Positions 43,901-53,248 of a DNA stretch of 64,000 nucleotides are shown piece after piece (the first letter of the stretch is position 1; each line of letters starts with the position of its first letter). Below the pieces are notes generated by a model. That model did not search any database. It was not told the DNA's origin and was given only the letters and a program-made list of their open reading frames with translations. The position numbers were made by a program, and so were the translations under genes. The DNA lies in the NCBI GenBank assembly GCA_000165345.1, contig CM000434.1, positions 736,001-800,000 of the forward strand. Direction: 5' to 3'.

Positions 43901-44047
43901 AAAGTTATTTGTTACCTCATTAATAGTATAACTTGAAGTATCTGATCCAGTTATAAGCTTTATTGCTTTTTTAAGATCCTTATAAGATAAGTAATGTTGG
44001 ATATACTGTTGATTTACATAATGCTGAAGTTTTTTACTGAATTTCAT
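40937..44047 (-). CDS. VTC4: Vacuolar transporter chaperone Vtc4-like polyphosphate polymerase (SPX + VTC catalytic + DUF202 TM domain)
   Basis: N-terminal SPX (MKFSKKLQHYV…YKDLKKAIK). Central VTC-like region containing '…YLYFDNREFSEYHRIR…'. C-terminal DUF202 with 'ANERTLLQWMNMS' and three TM helices. Large Asn/Ser-rich insertions. The track start (44086) is TTG; the first ATG gives MKFSKK… (~44047). Confidence 0.65.
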   Translation of the reverse strand: MKFSKKLQHYVNQQYIQHYLSYKDLKKAIKLITGSDTSSYTINEVTNNFGNIKALAGSIYRPAESRFMDLLNHELDKINSFSSIMYTDIKDSLKQIQGYIDQISRDLGIINNSSNVNNNNQNDSDSSFFQSGMSKELLDDLISPLIEQLERKSGEIIFLESYQQLNYTGFRKITKKYDKMNKSTSSSWYLARLARESFMNMNLDLLLESLSNCYSKIETLKSAFLMKEESLKCDKTSESDISTHPPFELHSKHLILAEDVMKVKVLLAKIVPLVSIGLLNIEDGMSNKPCLSSPINNNTNSQKAASTENVSSLTLQTSTVSYLYFDNREFSEYHRIREIRSRFSCNSQVNQIEENSSGRIQAYSDEKIVPKKYLDYTFRLRWYGENEGSPDQWLNLDWIHPMEPSCSNTEWHEPKNNNNFVSQATNTSQVSQGGGKRTFSFEGSKALVSSKTLLIQQKDVFHILKTYGDFRRESKNPSLSFNFDLNTYLNETRRNLSQDQIMLLNCFIDFIQFRKLGPFSHLWFHRTTFANPKRNICVHIDNNLKIMPEIDLELLIDEHSQRNNSSLNNLPAQSERKLSSETNRSNCEIVNTELGTNSIFNMRPSILYNTYIVCPQTEALVSENMKIVSHGILSVSLSQDSGNLSSTNSNPREILKDILGLASVSEVNGFSNLETCTALLFSNNLLQVPHWFNFMAIESESQQEITNNIKDTNSEPQTVRSLNRSASLNKELIGVKQLQSFEHEKSSFNNSLLKIDVLHTGKNARILHDQEVTAQREASILTNEIQTNSLSSLNSTHTLSNIHQLKNRPIKKNEIKRELTQSQPHTLHVPLLGNDVDSGIVHAHEQTFPHALARTFRSIFCLCREGSANHGINNIQKKCVSSAVRVEPKTFFANERTLLQWMNMSVLLATISVSLLSFGTQVGRICGLIMAPVAIFFIAYSYYIYLKRNRALETKEPISYNDKFGPTLLVMCLIISLTSVLLLNIIVGGHKQHFKDIHEYYREDYNHYYQNNQNENQLLLQNYNNQSISNGKYLYH

Positions 44048-44337
44048 AACTATTAAAACAATCAACCAAGTCAATATTAAAGCCAAAGTACCATTTAAAT
44101 AATTTCTTATTATAAATGGTTTATTGCTAGCAACAATTATATTTCTATCACTATTGATATTTTTGTTGCTGATTTAATTCTATTATTAATGAATATTTCA
44201 ATTAAATAATAACAAGTATTAAATATGTTTGAGAAATTCATCAACTAGTCAGAATCACCCCCATATGTAGAAAGATCCAATATCGACGAGCGAACTTAAA
44301 AGCTGGGCAAGATAATCCCCTCTCCCTCTTTTTCTCA

Positions 44338-44351
44338 CCCCCCCCCCCCCC
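44338..44351. repeat. Poly-C homopolymer (≈13-14 C) in the VTC4 upstream region
   Basis: 'ctcaccccccccccccccaacttt'. Other long G/C homopolymers: G10 at 26484-26494 upstream of RPN11, and G8 inside the kinase CDS (~62113). Confidence 0.5.
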
Positions 44352-44528
44352 AACTTTCTCCAAATGGAACTGGATCCCTATTTAACCCCTCCAGAAAATC
44401 CTGCATCCCTCGACAAGAAAAAAGAGCAAATTGAAAAAAAACATGCAAATGAAAAAAAAAATAAGATTCAAGCAAAACTGCTGCTATAATTGAAAGATTA
44501 AAGGTAACCTAAGCTAAGGGAATTTCAA

Positions 44529-44942
44529 TTATTCGTCCTCCTCAATTGCGAGTCTGGCATTCTTGTTCAAAACCTTTAAGTTCAACTGCTCAGCTCTCTC
44601 CAAAATCTCTCTTCTCTTACGACTACTTACTCCAGATGCAATCTCAACACAGAAAGTCTTGTTATGCATTAAAAGCATATGAACTTCCTGGGGATTTGAT
44701 ACAGTGAATTTATACAAACCATTTGGAAGCATCTTACGTGTCTTGGCATCACTACCATAACCAATCTTTGGCATTAAATAATTACCCTTGAATTTTCTAC
44801 GTACACGACAATCAATACCTTTTGGTTTTCTCCAGTTTGGCTTGACTCTTAAGAAGCGATCAGATTGGAATCTGGTGAACTTTTTTGTTCTCTTCTTAAT
44901 GATTGCCTTTTTTGGCTTATTCTTAAAGCTTACGATGGACAT
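44529..44942 (-). CDS. RPL32: 60S ribosomal protein L32 (eL32)
   Basis: 137 aa, full-length match to eL32 (…[64 protein letters not shown]…). Confidence 0.95.
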   Translation of the reverse strand: MSIVSFKNKPKKAIIKKRTKKFTRFQSDRFLRVKPNWRKPKGIDCRVRRKFKGNYLMPKIGYGSDAKTRKMLPNGLYKFTVSNPQEVHMLLMHNKTFCVEIASGVSSRKRREILERAEQLNLKVLNKNARLAIEEDE

Positions 44943-45856
44943 CCTCTTAATTTAAAAAGAAATTAGACCTGTGAAATCTTCTATAACAGAAATAGCAAGT
45001 TAGTATTTTTTTTTTTTCTGAGTGGAAAAAAAAATCAATTAACTTGTTTCTAAATTAATCCAAACTTTCTCCTTCAAACAAAGTTTCTGTTTTTCTTATT
45101 TATATTTAATAGAAAACAGAAAATAATTAACCGGTCTTTTTTTCAACCTTATATAATACTTTACTTATATTAAGTTAATATAATAATTAATTAATATTTA
45201 ATTTGAGACAAAACATTTAGTAGACTATTTATTTCAATGAGACAGTATTAATAAATTATTTTTTTTAATTAAAAAAATTAATTATTTGTTTATATATTAA
45301 AACTTTTCTCTATTTATTAATTCCTTTCATTAAATTGTCTCTATTATTACTATTAATACCGGTTCGGTACCCCAATTATGGCGCCACAATGTTCCCGCCA
45401 CATCGTGTGCTACATTATTTAAGAAGAAAATAATGGAAAAAAAAGGAGAAAAAAGGAAATGGAAAGAGAATAACAGAGCAAAATCAGAAATAATTATGTT
45501 TATATTAGGAGATGATTAATTTGATTTCTAGAATGGAAATAATTTGTTGTTTGTGCTTTGTATCGAATATAAGAGGGGAGAGGTGCATTGCATGCATTTT
45601 GAGATCTTGAAAAATAATTTATTTGAACAAATTATTTTTCATTATTGTTTTTTTTCTTTTCTTTCTCTTTTATTGTAGAATTTGGAAAAAAAGTAATTAG
45701 TAAGTTCATATATCTTTTAAAATATAGTATTTTTGGGATTATCTGTACTATTCTTTTAAAATAAGGAAAGAATATATTGTAGCAGGAGTAATCCTGGAAT
45801 GGTTTGTATTATTTCTATTGAGATGTTTGGGATTAAGTTTGGAGGAAATAAAAGTA

Positions 45857-47029
45857 ATGGAAGATTGGCTTCCTGAGTGGGTAAAAATAGGAAACTATGA
45901 ATTGAGAGAAATATATATACCAAAGAGTAAAAAAGAGTTGGGAATATGCCAATATAATATATTAACTTCCGGTAATAAGTTGAAAAAAGATCACGAATGG
46001 TTTTTAGAGAATCGAATTGAGTATTCAAGAAAGAATGGGTATTGTTATTTTCATTTGGATTTAAGTTTTGGTGAGGTTAGAAATCCTCATTATTGGAGAT
46101 ATATTGGAATAATTAAGTTATATAAAAAAGTTCAAGGCTTACTTTCTGATCATAAAGAGCATAATTATTTGGTACTATATATGGATTCCGATACCATGTT
46201 TTCAAGATTTTCTGTAAGAATTGAGGATTTTCATGAAAAGATGAAAGATTCATTTCTATATCTATCAGTGGATGATAATTGTGAATTACAGCATTATTTA
46301 TTAAATGTTGGAGTCTTATTAATGTCTTTAAGAAGATTAGAGACATTAATATTTTGTATTCAAGTACTGGCTTTACAGAAGACTCAGTCTATACTATCTT
46401 ATTCATCAGAATGGAGTAGATCGGGTTTGAATGATCAAAACATTGTTATTTCTGTTTTAAATGATACAGGAAGGTTGGATATTGAGAATATACAAAGTTA
46501 TTGTTTGAGGAAGAAGAATTCATCTTGGTTGGATAATGAAGATCAGTGGATTAATTTGAACTATTCAAAGCAAAACAAAGGAGTAGTGGTTGTTCCCAGT
46601 TTATATTTGAACCAAATTATAAGGATGGATTATATAATGAAATCAAGCGAGTTAAAAACCAATCTTTGGTTAGAAAGGTCATGGATTATTCATTTTAGTG
46701 GATCTAATAGACTAGAACAATGCTTTATGATACAAAAACTTTGTTTAGATAGGATTAGAAAGTTCAAAACAAAGTATAATCATTATTTTAAGGAATGTCC
46801 AGAGAAAATGGAAGAATTGATGACCAAAAATGAACTTAAAAAGATTGAAACTCTATTTTCATTGAAGATGGATTCAAGTTTAGATCCTAATAACTATATT
46901 GGACAAAATTATTTGGTATGGATTAAAGATCTCGAACAGATAGATCTTGGAATAAGAAACTTAAGTAACAGATACTCCATTCTAATTAAAAGGTATGTTT
47001 TAATAAGAATAATAGAAAGGAAGTCTTGA
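45857..47029 (+). CDS. GT34-like glycosyltransferase (DxD motif 'YMDSDTMF'); possibly extended by two 3' exons to 47457
   Basis: 'HNYLVLYMDSDTMFSRF' resembles the GT34/GT32 'W(L/M)DSDA(M/L)F' DxD block; '…WIIHFSGSNR' resembles the C-terminal HFAG block. The track start 45818 is TTG; the first ATG is 45857. No N-terminal TM seen. Possible continuation: GTATGT donor at 46993, exon 47105..47246, GTAAGT donor at 47247, exon 47326..47457. Both exons are stop-free in phase. Confidence 0.45.
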   Translation: MEDWLPEWVKIGNYELREIYIPKSKKELGICQYNILTSGNKLKKDHEWFLENRIEYSRKNGYCYFHLDLSFGEVRNPHYWRYIGIIKLYKKVQGLLSDHKEHNYLVLYMDSDTMFSRFSVRIEDFHEKMKDSFLYLSVDDNCELQHYLLNVGVLLMSLRRLETLIFCIQVLALQKTQSILSYSSEWSRSGLNDQNIVISVLNDTGRLDIENIQSYCLRKKNSSWLDNEDQWINLNYSKQNKGVVVVPSLYLNQIIRMDYIMKSSELKTNLWLERSWIIHFSGSNRLEQCFMIQKLCLDRIRKFKTKYNHYFKECPEKMEELMTKNELKKIETLFSLKMDSSLDPNNYIGQNYLVWIKDLEQIDLGIRNLSNRYSILIKRYVLIRIIERKS

Positions 47030-47608
47030 GAAAATTGAATATTAACTTTAATCTTTAATTACTATAAATTTTGCTATTTTAATATTGTGATTTCATTATT
47101 TTAGAATAATTAAGCTTCTAAAACTAAGTAGAACCAGACAATTCACTCAAAAATCAAAAAGAGAACTAGTAGGAGCAGTTCTACAATTCTTAGAGAATTC
47201 AAACAAATTTGGATTAATTTTTGAGAAACTATATCTCACAGGAATAGTAAGTTTATATAAAATCTTTTCTCTATTTTCCTCATTTTTCCAATTTATTTAA
47301 TTTTTCTTTTTATTCCCTCTTTCAGTCAAACAGAAGAACAATAAAGTATGAAGCAAAAAATGCTATTGAATTCTCTAATATATTCAACTTCTTTTCTCTA
47401 CTAAACAAATGCCCTAATAATTTTGAATATGAAAAAAAATTTACCTCAAAATTTTGAATCACGTTACCTTTTAAGATCACATAAAAATATCCGATACCTG
47501 CAGAATGCATGCATGCAACTGTGCATGCATGTGACCGGTAATGACATGAGAAAAAAATTTGAAGAAATATGGAAAAAAATTAAATAAATTTTATGTATTT
47601 TTTTTATT

Positions 47609-48681
47609 CTAGCAGCAAAATAAGTTTTTGAGGTTTATAATGATTCTTTCTACACAATTAACAAGTTGATGATTATCAAAAATGATGGCAGAGTTTTCAA
47701 GTATTGAATGAGGTATATAGTCGTCTTGTAGGCCTAAGGAGATAGTTCTAATTCTTCCAGCTCCTCTTTGGTTTTCTGGAGAATTTAGTTGATAAGATTC
47801 AGCTCCATAATTGTTTGTAAGTTCTTTGACTCTTTGTTCAAGTCTAAAACATCTTACTCTAAGCCCATCATTTTCTAATCTAAATTTCTCCACTAAAGTG
47901 GAAGTTTCATTAGCTATACTTTTTAAATTATCTTTTTCAAATTTTATCCTTTTTAATGATTCTATAATATCTTTAGATTGTTTATATTCTTCTTTTAAGC
48001 TTTGAATATGAGATTCTCTGAAGTTTTTTTTTCAATAAAGAAAATAAAACAAAATAAGATCAAGTCAAATTCTTAAATAGTGGCTAAATATTGTTTAAGT
48101 TTAACTTACAGAATTGATATATTGTTACTCTGTTGACTTATTTGAGATCTTAAATTTGAGTTCTCCACTTCCAATTGTCTGTTTTTCTGATTCCATTTTT
48201 GGATTCCAACTAGTTTCATTTTAAAAAAATATATATTTTTCATTCATTTCATAAAACTAAACTTACCTTGACTTTCAAATAGAAGATTCTGTATATTCTC
48301 GGTACCCTCAATTTCACAAATTGATTTCCATAAACCTTGAAATGATATAATTTCTTCTAAAGCTATAATAAATTGTTTACACTTTGAAATGATTTGAAAT
48401 TGCTCCTCTAAGCCTTTTTTTAAATTCAAATTTATTTGATCCTTCACATCTAACTCTTCCTGAAGTATATTATTTGTCTCAAGATATAATTTAGATATAC
48501 ACTCTTCACATATTAATTTATCGTATATTTTATATTCAACTGTATTACTTATGTTGCAATTTGAACATTTAACTCTTCCACACAAAGTGCAACAAATTTT
48601 ATGAAACTCATCTAAATTCATACATTCTTCACATATTTCAGTATCTTTCATTAATTCTCTACTTTCAATATTCCTATTCAA
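47609..48681 (-). CDS. Cys-rich zinc-finger + coiled-coil protein (hypothetical); 3 exons merging two listed ORFs
   Basis: Exon A is 48267..48681 (MNRNIESRELMKDTEICEECMNLDEFHKICCTLCGRVKCSNCNISNTVEYKIYDKLICEECISK…FESQ + 1 nt), followed by a GTAAGT donor (plus 'acttac' 48261-48266). Exon B is 48110..48209 (VGIQKWNQKNRQLEVENSNLRSQISQQSNNISIL), preceded by acceptor 'ctag' and followed by a GTAAGT donor (plus 48101-48109). Exon C is 47609..48017 (ESHIQSLKEEYKQ…VEKFRLENDGLRVRCFRLEQ…NLFCC*). Phases are consistent and the product is 307 aa. The N-terminal CxxC×4 pattern is B-box/Atg14-like. Confidence 0.55.
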
Positions 48682-49223
48682 ATATAAAATGCATGAAATT
48701 CTTTTTTTACTATGATCTTTTTCTTTTTTCCACTTACTCTGGTGAGTTTTCTCTAATTTCTCTTTCTATTGGTCCTGGACTCCAACTCATTTCTCTTTTT
48801 TTACTTTTTTTTTCTTTTATTTTTCCTTTGAATCTTTAATATTCAATTTTTTTAAGTTATTGCATTTTTATGCATATTCACCCATTCCCCCCTTTATTGT
48901 CCTCTATACCGGTGTTTACCGTTATTTTTTTTTGTGGACAAAAAAAGTGAGCGGGAAACATCGAACGCCGGTATATAAATATTAAAGCATTAAAAAAAAA
49001 AATATTTTGATTAGTCATTTTTGACAGGAAGAACTTTGTATATTTTTTTTTTCCTCAAAAGTTTTAAATTGAGGAAAATATAAATTTATATTCAAAGTAC
49101 AAAGAAGCCTGTACTCTGATACCATAGGATATAGTCGAAGCAATAAACATTACATTAATAAAGGAGTGAGGAGGGTTTAGAAAATTACAAAATTACTACA
49201 CAATTTAAGCAAGTCAGAAGGCA

Positions 49224-50618
49224 ATGGATAACACAATGATGGAGGATAAAGGGGATTCACAAGTGGAGGTTTTCTTTTGGACGAAGATTAAAGATCCAAG
49301 ACTTCAGGCTCCTGAAGGATCCTTTATGATAGATTCAAAATCTGGAAGAGCGGAACTTTCAGAATTATTAAATACCTTATTAGAAACAGAAAACAGGATT
49401 GCTTTTGATTTTATTATAGATGAAGTGTTTTTGAGAGGTACTATTTATGATTATATGAGACAGAATGAGAAAACAAGTGAATCAAAACTTAAAATAGAGT
49501 ATCTTAAAACCCTTGGAAAACCATCAATAAAGATTTTAGATAAGCAAAAGGATTGGATTAGGAGCATCACATATGGAATAGAGACAGATAATCCCATGGT
49601 AGTAGCAGGATTCTACGATGGAAGGATTAGATTTTATGATACAATTTCACATAAAAAAGATAAGAAAGTCAAATTGGACGAAGATGATAATATTAGAGAC
49701 AATAAAAGTCAAACATTTGAATTTAATGTCAATGAATTATTACCAGAAGGAGATTCTACTTCTGTTTTTAGAGTCCAATCTCAACAACTAAATGATTCCG
49801 AGTTTTCCAAAGTTTGGGCCTCAACAATGAGCGGTTCCATTATAGGTTTAAGCTATTCAGCAAAGAGACAAGAATGCATTTTGAAAAGTGTTAAACTCAA
49901 AGCCAGTATTGCTCCTATTGAAGCTCTTTGTACTGTAAAAGGATGCGATTCAATAATATCAGCAGGAGATGCAAATGGTAATGTTTTAGTATTTTGTAAG
50001 GAGTCCACAGATAATGGTACTTTAAATAATATAGAAAATACAAACAGCTTAAATTGTACTGCTAAGATAAAAATCCATTCTTCTAACGTTACAGATATAC
50101 TATCTTTGGGAGATAATTTGATTTCCTCAAGTTTGGATGGTAATATTAAGGTGTCTAAAGTTTCATTAGGAGAAGCTGTTTGCGGGTGGAATATTAAATT
50201 TCCAACATTCTCTTTATCTACTCAAAATTCCATGGTAGGAAATGTAATTTGTACTTCTCATGATGATGGTAAAGTTAGGATTTGGGATTTAAGGGCAGGA
50301 GCAACCAGCCAAATAGACCTTAAAGCAAAAAAAGATATGGGTTTAGTATCTTTTGATAGAAATACTCGTTTTGTCCATAGGAGCAGACTTCTTGCTCATA
50401 AGGAAGTTGTTCCACAAGCTGTTTGGAGTCCATATAGTGAATATATGATAGGGTCAGTTTCACATGACATGGATTTGAAAATCCTGGATATAAGGTCACC
50501 AAATTTACCACTTCAAGCAGCAAAAACTGACTCAAAATTACTTAGCCTCTGTTGGATGAATGAGCATACCATTTATACAGGAGGCTCAACAGGAGAACTT
50601 ATAGTTTGTTCATTTTAG
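49224..50618 (+). CDS. YTM1: Ribosome biogenesis WD40 protein Ytm1/WDR12 (N-terminal ubiquitin-like NLE domain + WD repeats)
   Basis: N-terminus 'QVEVFFWTKIKDPRLQAPEGSFMIDSKSGRAELSELLNTLLETENRIAFDFIIDEVFLRGTIYDYM' matches the Ytm1/WDR12 NLE domain (…FDFLI.GELLRTSL.DYL). Followed by seven WD-like repeats (e.g. …SHDDGKVRIWDLR…). Confidence 0.75.
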   Translation: MDNTMMEDKGDSQVEVFFWTKIKDPRLQAPEGSFMIDSKSGRAELSELLNTLLETENRIAFDFIIDEVFLRGTIYDYMRQNEKTSESKLKIEYLKTLGKPSIKILDKQKDWIRSITYGIETDNPMVVAGFYDGRIRFYDTISHKKDKKVKLDEDDNIRDNKSQTFEFNVNELLPEGDSTSVFRVQSQQLNDSEFSKVWASTMSGSIIGLSYSAKRQECILKSVKLKASIAPIEALCTVKGCDSIISAGDANGNVLVFCKESTDNGTLNNIENTNSLNCTAKIKIHSSNVTDILSLGDNLISSSLDGNIKVSKVSLGEAVCGWNIKFPTFSLSTQNSMVGNVICTSHDDGKVRIWDLRAGATSQIDLKAKKDMGLVSFDRNTRFVHRSRLLAHKEVVPQAVWSPYSEYMIGSVSHDMDLKILDIRSPNLPLQAAKTDSKLLSLCWMNEHTIYTGGSTGELIVCSF

Positions 50619-50893
50619 ACATTATAGTTAAGTCTTTGTTCTAAAACTTACAGTTAGAATACCAATAATATATATTTGATTGATTTTTAGATAATTCAAA
50701 ATAAGAATTTCGATTTAATCTATTCCAATGTAATAGTTTTCCGCTGATTGGCATTCTTTGATTTATGATATAATTTTCCTATTAATAGCTTTTATTAGCA
50801 AAAGTTAATAGGGAATAATATTTTAATAATAGAAAAGGAATGACTCAGCATTTTTTTAAAATTTTTTAGATACTTGTAATACCTTTTCTTCAT

Positions 50894-52183
50894 TTAAATA
50901 AATTCATCCAAGTCATCCTCAACCACAGCATAATCTTGGAAGTCTACTTTGTATCTCAAAATACCACCAAAGCCACCAAATCCTTTTTGGAATTGATTTC
51001 CTTCTTGAGACTTATTTGTAACAAATTCCAATTGAGCTCCGTAATTTTGATATGTATTTACAAGCCATTCAGTCAAAGGAAGTATTTCAATAACATCAAG
51101 TTCTGCTCCAGTTTCTGGATCCTTGAATTTGGATTCATCATGCTGTTCAGTTGGGCTATTTAAGAATACTTTTTCTTCGCCAGTAGATGGGTTCTTAACA
51201 ACCATCCTTTTAGTTTCTAAGTTTTCCCATACAATCAACAATTCAATTGCACCCATTTCTAAAGCTTGAAGGGTTTCATTAATTCCGTAAACATACTTTC
51301 CAGTATCCTGTGCAACTTCATCAAAGAATTTAGTGATGAGTTTCTTCTCCTGAACAAATTTAACATTTTGAAGCGCATCAGAAGATAGCTCAATGGCTTG
51401 ATTAAAACCATTATCACCTCCATATGAAACATCAACAATCTTTAGGATCTTGCTTGCTAGTCTTTGATCAAAAATATCACTTTGAGCTAGCTCATTTTTA
51501 AAATCAGCACTTCCTGCTAATATCAAAGCCGCAACATTAACTTGGTCGTTAGTAATAAACATAGTAGTTGCAGTTTCAGCAACTTTTCTCAAATAATTGT
51601 GACGCTTTTCCATTCTCAGACGAGCAAAACGTAAAGCTGATTGACCACCACGACCGTGCTTTTTTGGTAAATCCACATTAAATCTAAGCAAGACTTCTCT
51701 CGAACTACCTTGCACAACACCATACAAGGCACCATTACCATCAACAATAATAAATCCAAATTTATCATCAGTCTCCAGTAACTCTTTAAGAGCATCAACA
51801 TGGAACTTATTATCACATAAATAAAGAGACGTATTAATAGGTTTAAATGGCTCAAAGTCAATATTTACTTTCTTTTCCTTCCCATCTTCAGTAATTAAAG
51901 TTCCACAATAAACTACTAATCCATTTTGAGGAGTTCTATTATATAATTTTAGACGTTGTTGAGTACTTGTAATTGCTGATAAAACCGAAAGTCTATTTAC
52001 TCTACTCTTAATATTAGAAGCTGTACCATACTCATCAGCAAGCATTTTTGAAATTCTGGATATTTCATCCTTTGGTTTAATAACCAAAGAAATCATAGAA
52101 GTACCATTTCCTCTAGCAGCTTCCAGTGTCGCTATTAGTCTTCTGACTTTCCACTGTTTAACGTTTGTATCGTTATCACTCAT
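50894..52183 (-). CDS. ERF1: Eukaryotic peptide chain release factor subunit 1 (eRF1)
   Basis: 429 aa. NIKS decoding motif ([10 protein letters not shown]), GGQ peptidyl-hydrolase motif ([16 protein letters not shown]), conserved C-terminal domain. Confidence 0.95.
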   Translation of the reverse strand: MSDNDTNVKQWKVRRLIATLEAARGNGTSMISLVIKPKDEISRISKMLADEYGTASNIKSRVNRLSVLSAITSTQQRLKLYNRTPQNGLVVYCGTLITEDGKEKKVNIDFEPFKPINTSLYLCDNKFHVDALKELLETDDKFGFIIVDGNGALYGVVQGSSREVLLRFNVDLPKKHGRGGQSALRFARLRMEKRHNYLRKVAETATTMFITNDQVNVAALILAGSADFKNELAQSDIFDQRLASKILKIVDVSYGGDNGFNQAIELSSDALQNVKFVQEKKLITKFFDEVAQDTGKYVYGINETLQALEMGAIELLIVWENLETKRMVVKNPSTGEEKVFLNSPTEQHDESKFKDPETGAELDVIEILPLTEWLVNTYQNYGAQLEFVTNKSQEGNQFQKGFGGFGGILRYKVDFQDYAVVEDDLDEFI

Positions 52184-53248
52184 TTCTTGTCTTCAATTTA
52201 ATACTTTTCTATCTTGTTTCCTTTGGCAATATTTTCACCTCTATTTCATAATATTCTCAATATTTTCTCAAAACTACAATTGGAAAATACTGGTTGAGTA
52301 AATTCTTGGAACTTTTTGGTATTTTTTCAAAACCAATAAATTACTCTTTATTTCAAACTTTTCGACAAAAAAGCAACGCTTGGCGCGTAGTCTCTCTTAA
52401 TTATTACCTCCATTGCTCAGCCATTAACTTTTTCTTTAGGAAAATTAAAAAAAATTTAAAAACCAAAAAACTCCACCTGTCAATTCTCAAATCCATCAAA
52501 TTAAAGCATTACATTTGTTTGCATGCACTAAAAGTTGTTCTTGCATGTGCTTGTCCACATGCTGACACGTGTACTATGTTTTCTTATACCGGCATTTGCA
52601 TGCACGCACTTGTGTATGAAGAAAAAAAATTATGACACGTATCAAAATAATTTACTAAAAATAAAAATTAAAGTGTGAATAGTTTGTGTTTTAGATTTAA
52701 TTTGGTTATTTTTTTCCTTTAAAAATTATATAGTCAATTATTTCAAGAGTTTTATAATTGATTAAGATATGTAGAAAAAAGAGAAATTGTGTAAAGAAGG
52801 AAATAAAGACATTAGAAGAATATAAAAGGGATGATGGCCAGTTCAGAATTATCAATAAGGTAAAATAATTTACGAAATAAAAGTAAGCACATTTCAATAA
52901 ATAGTAAAATATAAATAAAATAAATTTTTTTTTTCTCCAAATAGCATAATATATTTTTTATGCCTTTTAAGAGGAAGAACTTTATATGGAGTGTGGGGGG
53001 AAGATCAAAAAATATGCTCTGAAAAAAAGAAAAAATTGAATTAAGAAAAAATTATTATAAAACCAGTCAAATAAATAAAAATACATGAAATAAATATAAT
53101 TCCAGAATAATATTAGTAATTAGAAACTTTTTAAGTCAAACTATTGACTCACAGATATATGATGATCATACAGCAATTGGCTATATGTGAAAACTATTAG
53201 AGTAAACTTAATATTAATTTCATTTTAAGAACTCTATGAAAATCCAAA

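Noticed and set aside
52294-52635. 113-aa Cys/His-rich ORF in the eRF1/PI4K divergent promoter
   Set aside because: The Cys/His/Ala richness comes from translating the GCATGC/TGCATG motif cluster (52521-52609). It overlaps obvious regulatory sequence.
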